Shown here: one piece after another, positions 15,301 to 28,030 of the stretch
Numbering within the stretch: the stretch's first letter is position 1
How the letters are laid out: each line of letters opens with the position of its first letter
DNA from: Eledone cirrhosa
Lineage: Eukaryota
Reading direction: 5' to 3'
NCBI GenBank assembly: GCA_964016885.1
Contig: OZ024743.1
Span: 295,058,001-295,122,000 of the forward strand
Length of the DNA: 64,000 nucleotides
Program-made: the position numbers and the translations under genes
Notes under the pieces: generated by a model
The model's input: the letters and a program-made list of their open reading frames with translations, nothing else
What the model was told of the DNA's origin: nothing
Databases searched by the model: none

Positions 15301-16310
15301 ATACATGGCATAGTCACATATGTACATATATAAATAAATGCATACATATATACAGCCAGTTGTATAGAAATATATATATATATATATTACTTGATTATAC
15401 AGATATGAATGGGCAATGCTTCGGCCAGCAGCTCAACATTATATAGACTTAACTTTTTTAACTGTCAGATAAGAATGCAGACAAAACCGACATTGAATCT
15501 GTAGACAGTATAATTTACCAGGTAAATTACATTCGATATGGTTCAGAAAATACTTTGGATGAGTATGATAACATTGTCGAAAAATCTCTGGCGAAAAACA
15601 AAATAAGCATAAGAAATATATTTCATCCGTTGATATCAGAATTTTGTTGACCTTTTTGATAGTATATTCTGAATGTATTTAGTCGGTTCCATCTAGATAT
15701 TGAAAAGAATCTGTATTTTGCCTTGAGAAGCTAAAATTTCTGTATGAAGAGAGAATGCGATTTTCTGCTCGTGTGAGATATGTCTGTAACAGTTTCAGCA
15801 TGTAAGTATGAATGTAAGTAATTGAATTCCTGCGTATGTGTGAGGGTATGCGTGTGTGCGTATGTGTGTCAAAGTATATGGGGAAAACGTTACGAGATAG
15901 GGAGATGATTTCCCATTCATTATGCTGAAAAGAGCACATTTTCTCAGGCTTTTAAGTTTCCCATTTATCGATCGAATCCGGAAAGATTTTCGTTAAGAAA
16001 TATTGTCTGATTTTGACCTCTTATATCTTGACCTGTATAGGCATTGAAATCAGGTTATATAACATGTTGAACTCTGTGATGAATTGTGCTCCACTGAGAG
16101 CAAGCAAAGAATTATAAGACTAATATTATTACAATACCATTTAATGTAACTACATTTTGCGCTTTGCTTTTAATAGTTGTGTTTTCTCGGGAGAAATACG
16201 TTGCTGATGTTGCGAATTGACACATTAGACTAACCAGTTTAGCTAAGCCCTACTTTGTATGCATTATAAGAAGATATAAGGTACGAGTCACATGATATAG
16301 TTCAGAGAAA

Positions 16311-16377
16311 TACAAGGGTCGGTTGAAAAGTTCATAGGCTGAGCAAGATACTCTCATAGAATGACAAAAAGTAATTT
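16311..16377 (+). mobile_element. Solo mariner-like terminal inverted repeat fragment
   Basis: TA-caagggtcggttgaaaagttcataggctga resembles mariner termini (TA-CGAGGGT..TTGAAAAGT); no partner end seen. Confidence 0.5.
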
Positions 16378-17243
16378 CCAATATATATTTCAGAGATATA
16401 TACAGAGGAATAACGAAAAGTGTTTATTCTTTATTCTTTTCTCCAGGATGTTTCTTTTAAAAATAAATATAGGTATAACTGCATTACATATAACTGGTAA
16501 TATAGAGAAGAAAACACAGAAGAGAGAGTGTGTGTTTATCAGGTTACAGGGGATACCACTAGGGTATGGAACTTATAAACTATGAAAGTTGCGGTAGATA
16601 TATTATAATTAAAATGAAACAACCCACCTTTATAACTATATATCACACACGTAGAAACTCAGAGAGAATGTTTCGCCAGAAATCAGTGTTGGAATTGTAT
16701 TCATCCAGGTTCATCAGCGTGTTAAGTGTATACATTCCACACATACAAGAGAACTTAAAATAACTGACTTGTAACACGTGGGAGAAGGGAAATCGTGTTC
16801 GAGACAGTAGGCTAGTGGTTTGAGTGGGATGAGGCGCTAAAATGGCACCCTAAAACCATTCAAATTAATGTTCTTGTCAGAGAGAGAGAGAAACCGTTGT
16901 TAGGAGCCATATATTATTCTCTCTGAGTTTGTACGTGTGTGTTATATAGTTATAAAGGGGTGTTGAGAGCGTGTGTTAAGAGGGAAAAACGTACGTGGTA
17001 TCCCGTGCCTAGCGGGTCGAGTAGAACGTAAGTTACTAAAAAATAGCAGGTAAAAGCTCGACAAAGGTTTCGGAGCCGAATTTATGAAAAGTATATATTA
17101 AGTTAAAAACTCACAATAATAATGAACTCACATTATAATAAAATGTCCCAGCCATATAATATAATACGTGCGTTTTTCTCTCTTAACACACGCGCATTAT
17201 CTAGTCTTCTAAGACATTTAGTAGTGAGGAGATTACTGATCTG

Positions 17244-17323
17244 AACATCCACTGAAGAGCATTGGAATTTTAACTCTCTCCAAATAATTACGAAACAGTT
17301 CTATTAAAAGCTGTCTGGATGTT
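17244..17323 (+). ncRNA. Complete type I hammerhead ribozyme with hairpin stem III
   Basis: aacatcca-CTGAAGA(17252)-stem II (ttgga/tccaa)-GAAA(17292)-cagtt...agctg-TC-tggatgtt; perfect 8-bp stem I, GUC triplet. Confidence 0.85.
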
Positions 17324-17699
17324 GATAGTTATCATAATTCGGTTTGTAATTCTTAATTTATCCTTTTAATTGAATCTTGCGAACCGTATTATCCTTAGTT
17401 AGTATTTTCTTCACCCTGGTGTTTTACGTCCCTTGTGATTTGAACGCATATATGTATATATCTGTGTTTGTCTCTCTTTATTATATATATATTTATACAT
17501 ATGAGAAAATCGGATCCACGACGGCTGAGCGTTGGCCGTTTCAACAGCTAGATCCGAACTCTTCAAAGTTCCGATGTAGCAGTTGAAACGGCCGGAGCTC
17601 AGTCGTCACGGTCCCGAATCTTTCATATTACCCACTCTACTATACCAAGTATCGAGTGATCTGGTGAGTAATGGTCTAACTGGTTGTTATCGCCTCCAT

Positions 17700-17762
<63 letters not shown>

Positions 17763-17898
17763 AAGGTTAAACAAGGTACACTGAATAAATCAAAGAATGA
17801 GTTTTACAATAGATTGGAAGAACTCTACAGTTTGGTTTTCCGGAGTTATTAATATTAATTCAAAATATTAACAAAATAGATATTCTTGTGATCAAGTA

Positions 17899-17965
17899 TA
17901 TTTTATTATACATGTTTCAGAGGTACTGAGTTAACTTCAACAGTACGTCCTCATCAGATAAAATA
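17899..17965 (-). ncRNA. Hammerhead ribozyme in the inverted arm
   Basis: Reverse complement reads tattttat-CTGATGA-ggac gtactg...cagtac ctct-GAAA-catgta-TA-ataaaata. Confidence 0.75.
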
Positions 17966-18914
17966 AGATGATGCATGACATACCCTGACATAGTAGATTG
18001 GTTAAGATTCAGTCATGGTATTGAGTAATACATGACAAAACTCAATATTTATATACCTTAATATTGAAAACATGAAAAAACTACATGTAATACATATATT
18101 AGAGAGGGTGCGTCTGATAAAGCTTAAAAAATACATGGAAGCAATATAACTGTTAAATATTCAAATAATTTAAATTACTGAAGTAAGAGGAAAGAAAAGA
18201 AAGGCATAGAGAAAGAAACAGATGAGGGGATAATATAGCTAGTAGGAGCCTAGAAAACAAAGGAGAGTTAATTACAGAGAGTGAGATAAAGAGGAATAAC
18301 TTATATATTGTAATAATATAGCGAGATATTAAATTAGAACAACATTTGGGCTTAGCTTTAGGAAAAAGGAAAAAAATTCAATTCATTGAATTATTGAAAT
18401 GTCTAAAAATATTCATCAATCGGAATTTTAATTTTAAATGTAATTGGGTGTATTCATATGAAGGTTAATACCAAGTCTTTAGACAATTATCTATATATAC
18501 AATATATATCCAAACATATCTGGTTGACCGTTAACATTCAATTCATTTAATTTAAGTTAGTTCACTGTAATGAATAATATTTTAGGTTATAAAAGTTAAT
18601 AAATATCTGTACTAATATTAAAGTATACTATCATATTTAATTTCTAAAAACGAATTTTATGAAATCAAATTTGAAGGATTTACAAACACGAGAAAAAAAC
18701 ATAATGTTTTTACAACCTCACGAAGGTAAATTTTGCTAAATTTATTATATATTATTAAATTATTTATATTATATAGAAAACAGTTTATATAATTATATAA
18801 TTTAGAAAATAATTACAGTTATAATTTTAAATTTTTAAATCTTTAAAGAATTTTAAGGTTAACAAATTGAATGCCTAAAGGATCAACAGGCCTTATAATT
18901 AAATTTAAAAAAAC

Positions 18915-19299
18915 AATAACATCACATACAATTAAAACAAATAACATCACATACAATTACATAGGGGCAACTTCTTCGACATTTAAATCGAGATTTGGGA
19001 ATCACAAATGCTCTTTTTCTAATCCTAATAGGAAGTCTTCGACTTCTTCATCACAACTTATATGGTCATTAAAAGGCAAACATTTTAAATACTCGATATT
19101 TTGGACGAAGTTATGTAATAGTAGAATCTACTCGAATTCGTCAATATCACCTAACTACAACCTCTGTACTATGGAGACCCTATTAATAATTACTAATTCT
19201 GAAAACTTAATTAACAAAAAAAGTGAATTATTCTCAAACTGCCTTCATAAAGCTTTATCTACATTCCAAGCCTCGCAAAAAGTCAGGAAAAAACACTAA
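18915..19299 (+). pseudogene. C-terminal GIY-YIG endonuclease fragment of a Naiad-type PLE
   Basis: YIGATSSTFKSRFGNHKCSF...LIWSLK...NLCTME...LINKKSELFSNCLHK; collinear with 25300-25647. The first ~15 codons of the called ORF (from 18871) come from the inverted arm. Confidence 0.85.
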
Positions 19300-21408
19300 A
19301 TAAACAGGTTTTAATTTGTGACGTCTCTTATCAACTGTTGTACCTAAAACGTTATAACAGATTATAAAACTTTAATAATGTTTTATTTTCTACTCATTTA
19401 TGATAGAATTAATGTTAGACTGAAGGGTCCTGTTTAGGTATATAAACATATTCTTTATTAACGTGTTCTCTTGATCAATATGCACACCTTTGGATTATTT
19501 TAGATATATATAATGTAGATTGGGATCCTTATATATTTGTTTTTGTTTTAAATATATAATTTGGATATATAACTTGTAAGATAAGCGGTTATAATTGAAC
19601 CGTAAATCATTCATGCATTTATATAATTTACTCATTTTGGGTATGTTTTAAGATTCAGAAAGTTAGATTTGTACATATATATATTTTATATATATTTAGG
19701 TGTAAATGTCACAAATCATACTAATCGACAAATATTGGTCTTTCTTTCCACTGAACTGGAGGTAAAACTACAATTATAACATTACTAATAATGATTGTAA
19801 TTATTTATTTATTATATGAATATCGTTTCACTAATACCTATAATACTCTCTCTATATATTTGAGCAAATTTGCTTATCTAGTGTAATAACATGCTCCTAG
19901 TTACATTTATAAGTAATTTGTATACTCACTTGACTCTCTATTGATATAATTGTTATATATATATAATTATTATTCTAAATTATATAATGATTATTACTTA
20001 ATTTAATTTAATTTATTTTAATTAAGTTCGGGTTACCTTCGGGTCATTCAAATCCATAGCTCCTCTTTCTATCATCTTCGTGGACACTTTATAAATGTTG
20101 TTTGTCTACTATATAAATTAAAAAAAAAACCTCTTGCATTTTAAACTATATTTTTTAATATTGGGCAATTTTATGATCGCAAACAATTCATTATTTTTAC
20201 TTTTTTCACTTTTTTTTAATTTTTTATTTTGCATCTAATCCTTATCCTTAGGACTCATGAAGTTTTGACTTGTATATTTATAATATATATCTATTAAATG
20301 ATCCTGTTACAATAATTGATCTAAAACATTAATTTTAACAATATCTTCAGTAACTTATTTATTGGATTGTATTATGTTATGTCTATTTGAGAGGTATCAT
20401 CTTAAGTCTTTAGACAATATAATCTTTGTCTATTTTTTTGATAAACGCATATATATAATTTAATAATCAAACTTTTTTAAGTTTAATTATAAGGCCTGTT
20501 GATACTTTAGGCATTCAATTTGTTAATCTTAAAATTCTTTAAAAATTTAAAATTATAACTGAAATTATTTTCTAAATTATATAATATAAACTGTTTTCAA
20601 TATAATATAAATAATTTAATATTATATAATAAATTTAGTAAAATTTACCTTCGTGAGGTTGTAAAAACATTATGTTTTTTTTTCTCGTGTTTGTAAATCC
20701 TTTAAATTTGATTTCATAAAATTCGATTTTAGGAATTAAATATGATAGTATACTTTAATATTAATACAGATATTTATTAACTTTTATAACCTAACATATT
20801 ATTCATTACTCTGAACTAACATAAATTAAATGATTTGAATGTTTACGGTCAACCAGATATGTTTGGATATATATTGTATATATAGATAATTGTCTAAAGA
20901 TTGGTATTAACCTTCATATGAATACACCCAATTATATTTAAAATTAAAATTCCGATTGATGAATATTTTTAGATATTTCAATAATTCAATGAATTGAATT
21001 TTTTGCTTTTTCCTAAAGCTAAGCCCAAATGTTGTTCTAATTTAATATCTCGCTATATTATTACAATATATAAGTTTTTCCTCTTTATCTCTCTCTCTGT
21101 AATTAACTCTCCTTTGTTTTCTAGGCTCCTACTAGCTATATTATCCCCTCATCTGTTTCTTTCTCTATGCCTTTCTTTTCTTTCCTCTTACTTCAGTAAT
21201 TTAAATTATTTGAATATTTAACAGTTATATTGCTGCCATGTATTTTTTAAGCTTTCTCAGACGCACCCTCTCTATTATATGTATTATATGTAGTTGTTTT
21301 CATGTCTTCAATATTAAGGTATATAAATATTGAGTTTTGTCATCTATTACTCACTACCATGACTGAATCTTAACCATCTACTATGTCAGGGTATGTCATG
21401 CATCATCT

Positions 21409-21475
21409 TATTGTATCTGATGAGGACGTACTGTTGAAGTTAACTCAATACCTCTGAAATATGTATAATAAAATA
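21409..21475 (+). ncRNA. Hammerhead ribozyme at the PLE 3' end
   Basis: tattgtat-CTGATGA(21417)...GAAA(21456)-tatgta-TA-ataaaata. Confidence 0.75.
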
Positions 21476-21537
21476 TACTTGATCCCAAGAATATCTATTT
21501 TGTTAATATTTTGCATTAATATATATATATATATATA

Positions 21538-21952
21538 CAATATATTAATAAATGGAAACTATATTTATAAAACCATAATTATTTTATTATATATATTTCA
21601 AGGGCAACCAAGGCAGTTTTGGTGCGCTTTCATCAGATAAAATACAAAATTTGTTTTATAAATGTTGACATACCCTTAGAAAACAACCTTGACGGCTGAA
21701 GGTTCAACCGTCAAGGTTGTTTTTCTAAGGGTATGTCAACATTTATAAAACAAATTTTGTATTTTATCTGATGAAAGCGCACCAAAACTGCCTTGGTTGC
21801 CCTTGAAATATATATAATAAAATAATTATGGTTTTATAAATATAGTTTCCATTTATTAATATATAGAATATTTACTCCAGAAACTGTTGAGTGCTTTATA
21901 TGAGTTATAAAACGTTTAAGCTTGTTGAATCCCAAGAAATTAAATATAACTT
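21538..21952 (+). mobile_element. Near-perfect palindromic HHR element (family A)
   Basis: ~160-bp arms centred at 21701-21702. HHR on the + strand (21760-21824) and on the - strand (21579-21644). The right arm has a unique tail. Confidence 0.9.
21760..21824 (+). ncRNA. Type I hammerhead ribozyme (mirror copy on - strand at 21579-21644)
   Basis: tattttat-CTGATGA(21768)-aagcgcaccaa...ttggttgccctt-GAAA(21805)-tatata-TA-ataaaata. Confidence 0.85.
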
Positions 21953-21954
21953 AT

Positions 21955-22385
21955 GCATCTATTTTTTTTTCTCGTCCACTAACATTATTTTGCTTTCCAT
22001 GCCCTTGATAAGTCCGCTCAGGGCGAAACGTACGTAGGTGCACAATTATATAAACATGTTTTAACGGTTTTAAACTCTTTGTATTCATTTCCTTTATAAT
22101 CGCTCTACTTATTTTTTCTCGCCCACTAACATTGTTTTGCTTTCCATGCCCTTGATACCCCTCAGAGCGAAATGTACGTAGGTGCACAATTATATAAACA
22201 TATTTTAAAGGTTTTAAATTCTTTATATTCATTTCCTTTATAATCGCTCTGGTTATTTTTTCTCGCCCACTAACATTGTTTTGCTTACCATGCCCTTCAT
22301 ACGCGCTCAGAGCGAAACGTACGTAGGTGCACAATTATATAAACATGTTTTAACGGTTTTAAACTCTTTGTATTTATTTCCTTTA
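21955..22385 (+). repeat. Three tandem ~145-nt units, each with an HHR-like motif (non-LTR retrozyme-like array)
   Basis: GAAA-(c/t)gtacg-TA-ggtgca recurs at 22025, 22169 and 22314; unit 1 core is TTGATAA. Confidence 0.8.
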
Positions 22386-22782
22386 TATATATATATATAT
22401 ATATTAAGTTGAGACAGTAAACAGAAAACAAAAAATCAACGTGGAAGCGAAGAGGCAGTACAAATGTTAATATTAGTTTCGCGCTTGAGAGTTGGCAGTG
22501 GGGTCGACTTTTCGGGCATAAGCTCTTCATCGGGAGAAAAGTGGGCAGGAAGAGAGTTCCGTTGGTGTGTGGCGAAGTGGTGGAAATACATAAAAAAATT
22601 GGGGGGGGGGGGGAGGGAGGGAAAACATTTTTTAGAGAGTAAAAAAATTAAAAAGAAAAAGAAACAAGTGGTGAAAGGGTATGAGGCGTGTAGGGGTGGT
22701 GCTGACTGGAGGGGTGGAGAGATGAGAGGGAGACGGGGGTCCAAGCGGGAGGGCTGAAGGTGGTGTGTGTGTGTGTAGGTGT

Positions 22783-22854
<72 letters not shown>

Positions 22855-23682
22855 ATGTGAATGTGAGAGTTGGGGGAAGAACGAGATTCCATGTTCAGGT
22901 AATAAGGAAACCGGTGTGTACATGGGGTTGGGTGTTATTCGGTGTGTGTGTGTGTGCGTGTGAATGGAGAGGGGTCAGAAGGGGTGGGGGAGAGGGGCGT
23001 GTGGAGTCCGGAGGCTGAGTGTGTATATGTGATGATACGCACGTGTGTGTGTTTATATGTGGTGTGGATGTATGGTTGCGTGGTGCGAAAATAGTGTAAG
23101 TATTTGTGTGTGTGTGTATGTGTGTGTGTTCCTAGAGTGTTTCCTCGGACTATGAGACCGGATGTTGGAGATTCTGAGAGTGACTGGGTGGGTAGCTGGA
23201 GCGATAGATCGGTGGTGTAAAATACTGGTATGGCAGTGAAATCGTGGTATGGCAGTGAAATCCTGGTATGGTAGTGAGGAAGTGGAGAGTTGTGGGGTGC
23301 GCACGCAACAGGAAGTGGTCAGAGGGTCAAGGCAGGGCGAAGGAGATGAGAGGAAGGAGATAACAGTAGGGAGGTGACAGCAGGCAAATAGTGAGGAGGC
23401 TGACAGGTATAGAGATGGTCTGTATGTGGTGTGGAATGTGTGTATGTGTATATGTATATATATATATAGACAGAGAGAGAGAGGCACACACAATATATAT
23501 ATTTGTGAATACGTGTGTGTGTATATATGGGAAATTAGCTCGACACAATGGGAGATACGTATATTTCCTTGGGTTTAACAGCAACTCATTCAGTTTGCCA
23601 CATTGTAATAGCAAACAGAATAAATTGGATTTCAACCCAATGAAACATACGTTTCAACATATGCCACTATTGTGATTTATTT

Positions 23683-23744
<62 letters not shown>

Positions 23745-23854
23745 TAACAGATTAAAGTGTAAGCAAAGAATCGCTGCTTTCACCCATAACGGGATCTTCT
23801 GAAACAAACAAAAAGTCAATCTGTGAACGCAGAAGTGAATATTTCAAAAAACGT

Positions 23855-25647
23855 AAGGATTCTAATGCCGTGCATGTCCATTCCGACAAAACTGGCAACC
23901 TATATCAAGTGGAGCGCAGTACTTACCATCAACTACTTCATGATGCTGTAACTAAGGATTACCGTAAAACTAATCGGTGCGTCATCAATGAATTCAACGA
24001 TGCTGGGTTTAAAATCACCTCTGATCTCAACATCGTGGACCGGACCGAACCTATGGACCCTATTTCTCCCCACTTTACCCTGAATGATCACAAATCCAAT
24101 TTTCCGAACAACGCCTCTATTCGGCTTATTAACCCTACGAAGACGATTTAGGTAGACTTAGTAAAAGGATTCTCGATAGAATTATACCTGAAATTAGAAG
24201 TTTGGCCCCTCTTGCACTGTGGAACAATTCTTTCGCGGTGATTGATTGGTTCAACGGTATATGCAACAAGGAACATTGCCGTTTTATCCAATTCGACATC
24301 AATAATTACTACACCTCCATCACTTTACCACTTATCCTTAGGGCTATCAATTTCGATAAAACACTCACAGTGGTTAAGGATTTCGAATTTGATGTCATCC
24401 TCAATGCTCGCAAGTCGGTGATTAATTTCGACGACTCTATTTGGATAAAAAAAAACAATAGTACCCCATTCGACGTGAGTATGGGCGCCAGCGATTCTGC
24501 GGAGGTTACTGATCTTATCGGCCTTTTCCTTCTTTTCTCTATCAAGGATGAATTCCACAACGCGGGCGGTGATTTGTACCGTGATGACGGTCTTTTGACC
24601 ATGACTAAGTGCGGCCCTCGTGCTTGCGACAGGTTCAGAAAAGAACTCACACCCTCCTTTAAAGGCTTAGACCTCTCTATACAGGTTGAGGCCAACCTCT
24701 CGGTCGATAATTACCTCGACGTTACCCTCAATTTATCGAATGGCTTGTATTACCCGTATAGAAAGCCGAATGATACGCTTAATTACATAAGTAAGCATTC
24801 CAACCATCCTGCCAGCATAACCAAGAGCCTGGTATGAAACGTTTCGTTGAGGCTTTCCCGTCTATCTAGTAACGAGCATATTTTTAACGACCATTCCACA
24901 TATTACAATGAAGCTCTTGCTCGGAGTGGATTTGTCGATAAGGTAGCATATACAGAGTACGAGAATAGACCTAGAAGAAATAAATCCCGACGCATTATAT
25001 GGTATAACCCACCATATAATATGGATGTGGCCTCACCTTTAGCTAAGATCTTTCTATCCCTTATTACGAAGCATTTTCTCCCTACACATAAACATAGTAA
25101 CATTTTTAATAGAAATACTGTTAAAATTTCTTACTCTACGACTCCTAACCATGCACATAACATCACAGCTTTAAATTTAGCTAAACTACCTAGCCGTAGG
25201 AACACGTGCAACCCTGTAGTTAGTACTAACTGTAATTGTAGGAATCGGGTTGATTGCCCCATATCCGGGAAATGCCTCTCTAGTAACATTGTCTACAAAT
25301 GTAAGGTTGAAACACCCACGTCCCGTAGTGCCTGCATAGGGTTAACGGCCAATATATTCAAGCAGCGTCTTTACATGCATACCCATTCTTTTCGTTAATC
25401 TCTAAGAACGAATATGACGTCACTTTCAGCTTATATCTGGAGTCTAAAAGAAAACCACACCCAATTTAAGTTACACTGGGAGATCCTAGCTAAGGCTAGA
25501 TCGTATAACGGAAATAAAAGACCATGTGACCTCTGCGCCGCTGAAATACTCTACGCTACAGACCACATCTTAAACAAAAAATCCGAGGCAATTTCGGCTT
25601 GTAAACATAAATTGCACAAAATTTTCCTGTATTACATTATACCCTAA
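23855..25647 (+). pseudogene. PLE reverse transcriptase + GIY-YIG endonuclease (one frameshift, two stops)
   Basis: DKTGNLY, RLINPTK, FIQFDINNYYTSI, FDVSMGASDSAEV, LYRDDGL, NYLDVTLNL, SNHP, IIWYNPPY, CNCR...CP..GKCL, IVYK, IGLT..FKQR, CDLC..E. Frameshift at ~24145; stops at 24835 and 25396. Confidence 0.92.
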
Positions 25648-26583
25648 CGGATAGTACGATCTATACGTGGATATTTTATGTCTTGATGTTGTAGCTAAGT
25701 ATATGTTATGTTTATACCATTACTTATTTGCATAGGTAAGTATATATTACCTGTATGTTTTGTGAATGTACGTATACTTTCTCGTATATTTGATTGTATA
25801 TGTTATGGCGTATATTTTTTATATATTCTGGTACATATGCTTTTGGTTATGTGTATACGGGAGATTTGCGTCTGTGTGAGTATGCGGGTTCGTACATATG
25901 TAGGGTGTGTGTATATATATAATTAGTATTTTGGTTGAAGTACGTCTCCGATCATTTGCGCATTTACATGTTGTTATGTGTGTGCGCTTGTTATATACGT
26001 ATTTATTTATTTATTTATATACGTTTATTTAATTATTTGTATACACGCACACACACACACACATATTTATATGTGCGTGTATTTGTATACCTATGGTCAG
26101 TGTTTTCGCGTATGCTTGTCTATGTACGTATTTGGATGCGTGTATGTATTTATTTAATTTCTATTACCTCTGTATATTATTTACTTTATTCTTAACTCTG
26201 ACGCGGAGAATCATTCGGTTTCCTAGTTAGAATTTTAGTCTACGACTTCAGTTATACCATTTACGTGGTTTTGTCTTTGCGTGCAATTGTTCTCTACGCT
26301 CCACATATGACGTATTATCTCCGTTTTTTCCGTTCATTGCAAGAGAACGTCTCTATGAACCCCCAAAGAGAATATTAGTCTACGACTTCTGTTATACCAT
26401 AAACGTGGTTCTGTCTTTGCGTGTAATTATTTTTCACCGCTCCAATTAATGACGTATTATATTCGTTTTTTCCCGTTCTTTGCCAGGGAACGTTTCCACG
26501 AACCAAAGTATCGTCTTCCTGTCTTCCTCCGGTTGCAACGTTTTTTGAAATATTCGCTTCTGCGTTTACAGATTGACTTTGTT

Positions 26584-26633
26584 AGTTTCAGAAAATCCTG
26601 TTAAGGGTGAAATCAGCGATTCTTTGCTTAAAC
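26584..26633 (+). ncRNA. HHR-like motif with variant core (CAGAAAA here; CAGAAGA in the inverted copy at 23756-23805)
   Basis: agttt-CAGAAAA-tcctgttaagggt-GAAA-tcagcgattctttgc-TT-aaact. Confidence 0.55.
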
Positions 26634-26741
26634 TTTAATCTGTTATTTTAATAAATATTTGCTCTACGGTTCTTATATATTTGATATATATTTATCCTTA
26701 TCGAGCCCTCTTTGGATTTTAGTCTTCAAATTTATTATTAT

Positions 26742-26806
<65 letters not shown>

Positions 26807-27469
26807 AGGTTATTTCGGATTAAATCGGAGGTAACCACAGTAAGTAAGGTACTCAATACATAGCAGAGTATAAAAGTGTTAATATAGATATATCAGAAAT
26901 GTTATCGGTATGTATATATATATTTCAGATACTATTTCTATGTCTTTACTTTCATATAATCATGCTTAGTTCTATCTGCCTCAAGAATTCCATCTGCCTA
27001 AAGGTTATTATATCCTTCTTCATTCAGTAGATAAATACCTTCTGCTCTGACAAATTCACCACCGAAGCACATTTTAAAATTTCATGTTATTGTAAGCTTT
27101 ACGATAATTGGTCCATGTCATACTCAAATTTGTGTGCCTCCTCTTGCAGTCTCTGATGATTGGCTTATCAATGAACAGCTGATCTTTTGTTACACTCCCT
27201 CTTTCGACACTCTTTTTGATCAATTGGTAGCAGCCTACCGTTTTCTAGATATTCATACAAAACACATGTCAGTAGTTTCTATATTAGCAGGTACGGTATT
27301 CGGCGAATGCTGGTTAGATCATTGCCCTTTTCAATTCCCTTGACACTTAATGTTTTTCCTTTTGTCATTCGAGAGGTGCTAAGCTTTCCTGCAAGAAACT
27401 ATCTAGCTGTTGAGTTACACTTTTATACACCAAACACTAGTTAACTAGTCACACGTAGTAATAGTCACA

Positions 27470-28030
27470 TAGACATGTCTTAGCGCCAGACACCATGCTT
27501 TGCAGCATAGAGATATAGCCTTTTACGTTTTGAGTTAAATCCCGCCGTGGATAGTTTACCCCTCATCCTTAAGGGGTCGATAATTAAAGCAACTGTTGAT
27601 TTAATCGATTTTACCCCTCCCCCAAAAGTGCTGTCCTCGTGCCTAAATAAGAAATCGTTACTATCATTATTATCAACGACGTTAAGGGCGGTGGATTGGC
27701 AGTATCGGTAGAGGGTCGGACGCCATGCTTTGACGCATAGAGTTACGGCCCTTGCCATTCTGAGTTCAAGTCCCGCCAAGGTTAACTTTGCCTTTCATCC
27801 TTACGGGGTCGATAAAATAAAGTTCCAGTAATTCACTGGTATTATTATTAATAATTGTTTCTACTTTAGGCACAAGGCCATCAAATACCCAGTACATTAC
27901 TGATACATTATTTTATCGACCTCGTAAGGATGAAAGGCAAAGTTAACCTCGGCGGGATTTGAACTCAGACCGTAAAGGGACGTAACTATGCTAGAAAGCA
28001 TGGCGTCCAACCCTCTACCGATACTGCCAA
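27470..28030. mobile_element. SINE cluster: two + copies (27470-27672, 27686-27850) and one - copy (27853-28030)
   Basis: Same B-box and central domain as the 7545 copy. Confidence 0.9.

Larger units (their letters stand above)
17760..21522 (+). mobile_element. 5'-truncated Naiad-type Penelope-like element with ~1.06-kb inverted terminal arm
   Basis: GIY-YIG fragment at 18915-19299. 17850-18912 is the reverse complement of ~20472-21522. HHR in both arms; flanked by (TA)n. Confidence 0.85.
23739..26745 (+). mobile_element. 5'-truncated Naiad-type Penelope-like retroelement with inverted 5' pLTR
   Basis: RT + GIY-YIG pseudo-ORF at 23855-25647. 23739-23854 is the reverse complement of ~26538-26651. 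Long 3' UTR with a ~140-bp tandem duplication (26235-26505). Inserted in (TA)n. Confidence 0.92.

Noticed and set aside
21955-22385. CRISPR-like array
   Set aside because: Whole units repeat with no unique spacers; eukaryotic context and no cas genes.
22470-22540. Minus-strand CCGATGA...GAAA-ctaatattaa HHR-like motif
   Set aside because: No UH or 3' stem I follows; possibly a truncated PLE end, but not supportable.
24835-24837. In-frame TGA in the Naiad ORF as selenocysteine (some Naiads encode Sec)
   Set aside because: The position does not correspond to a Cys motif (SLV*NVSLRLS; likely CGA>TGA decay). The ORF also has a frameshift and a TAA stop, and I see no convincing SECIS in the 3' UTR.
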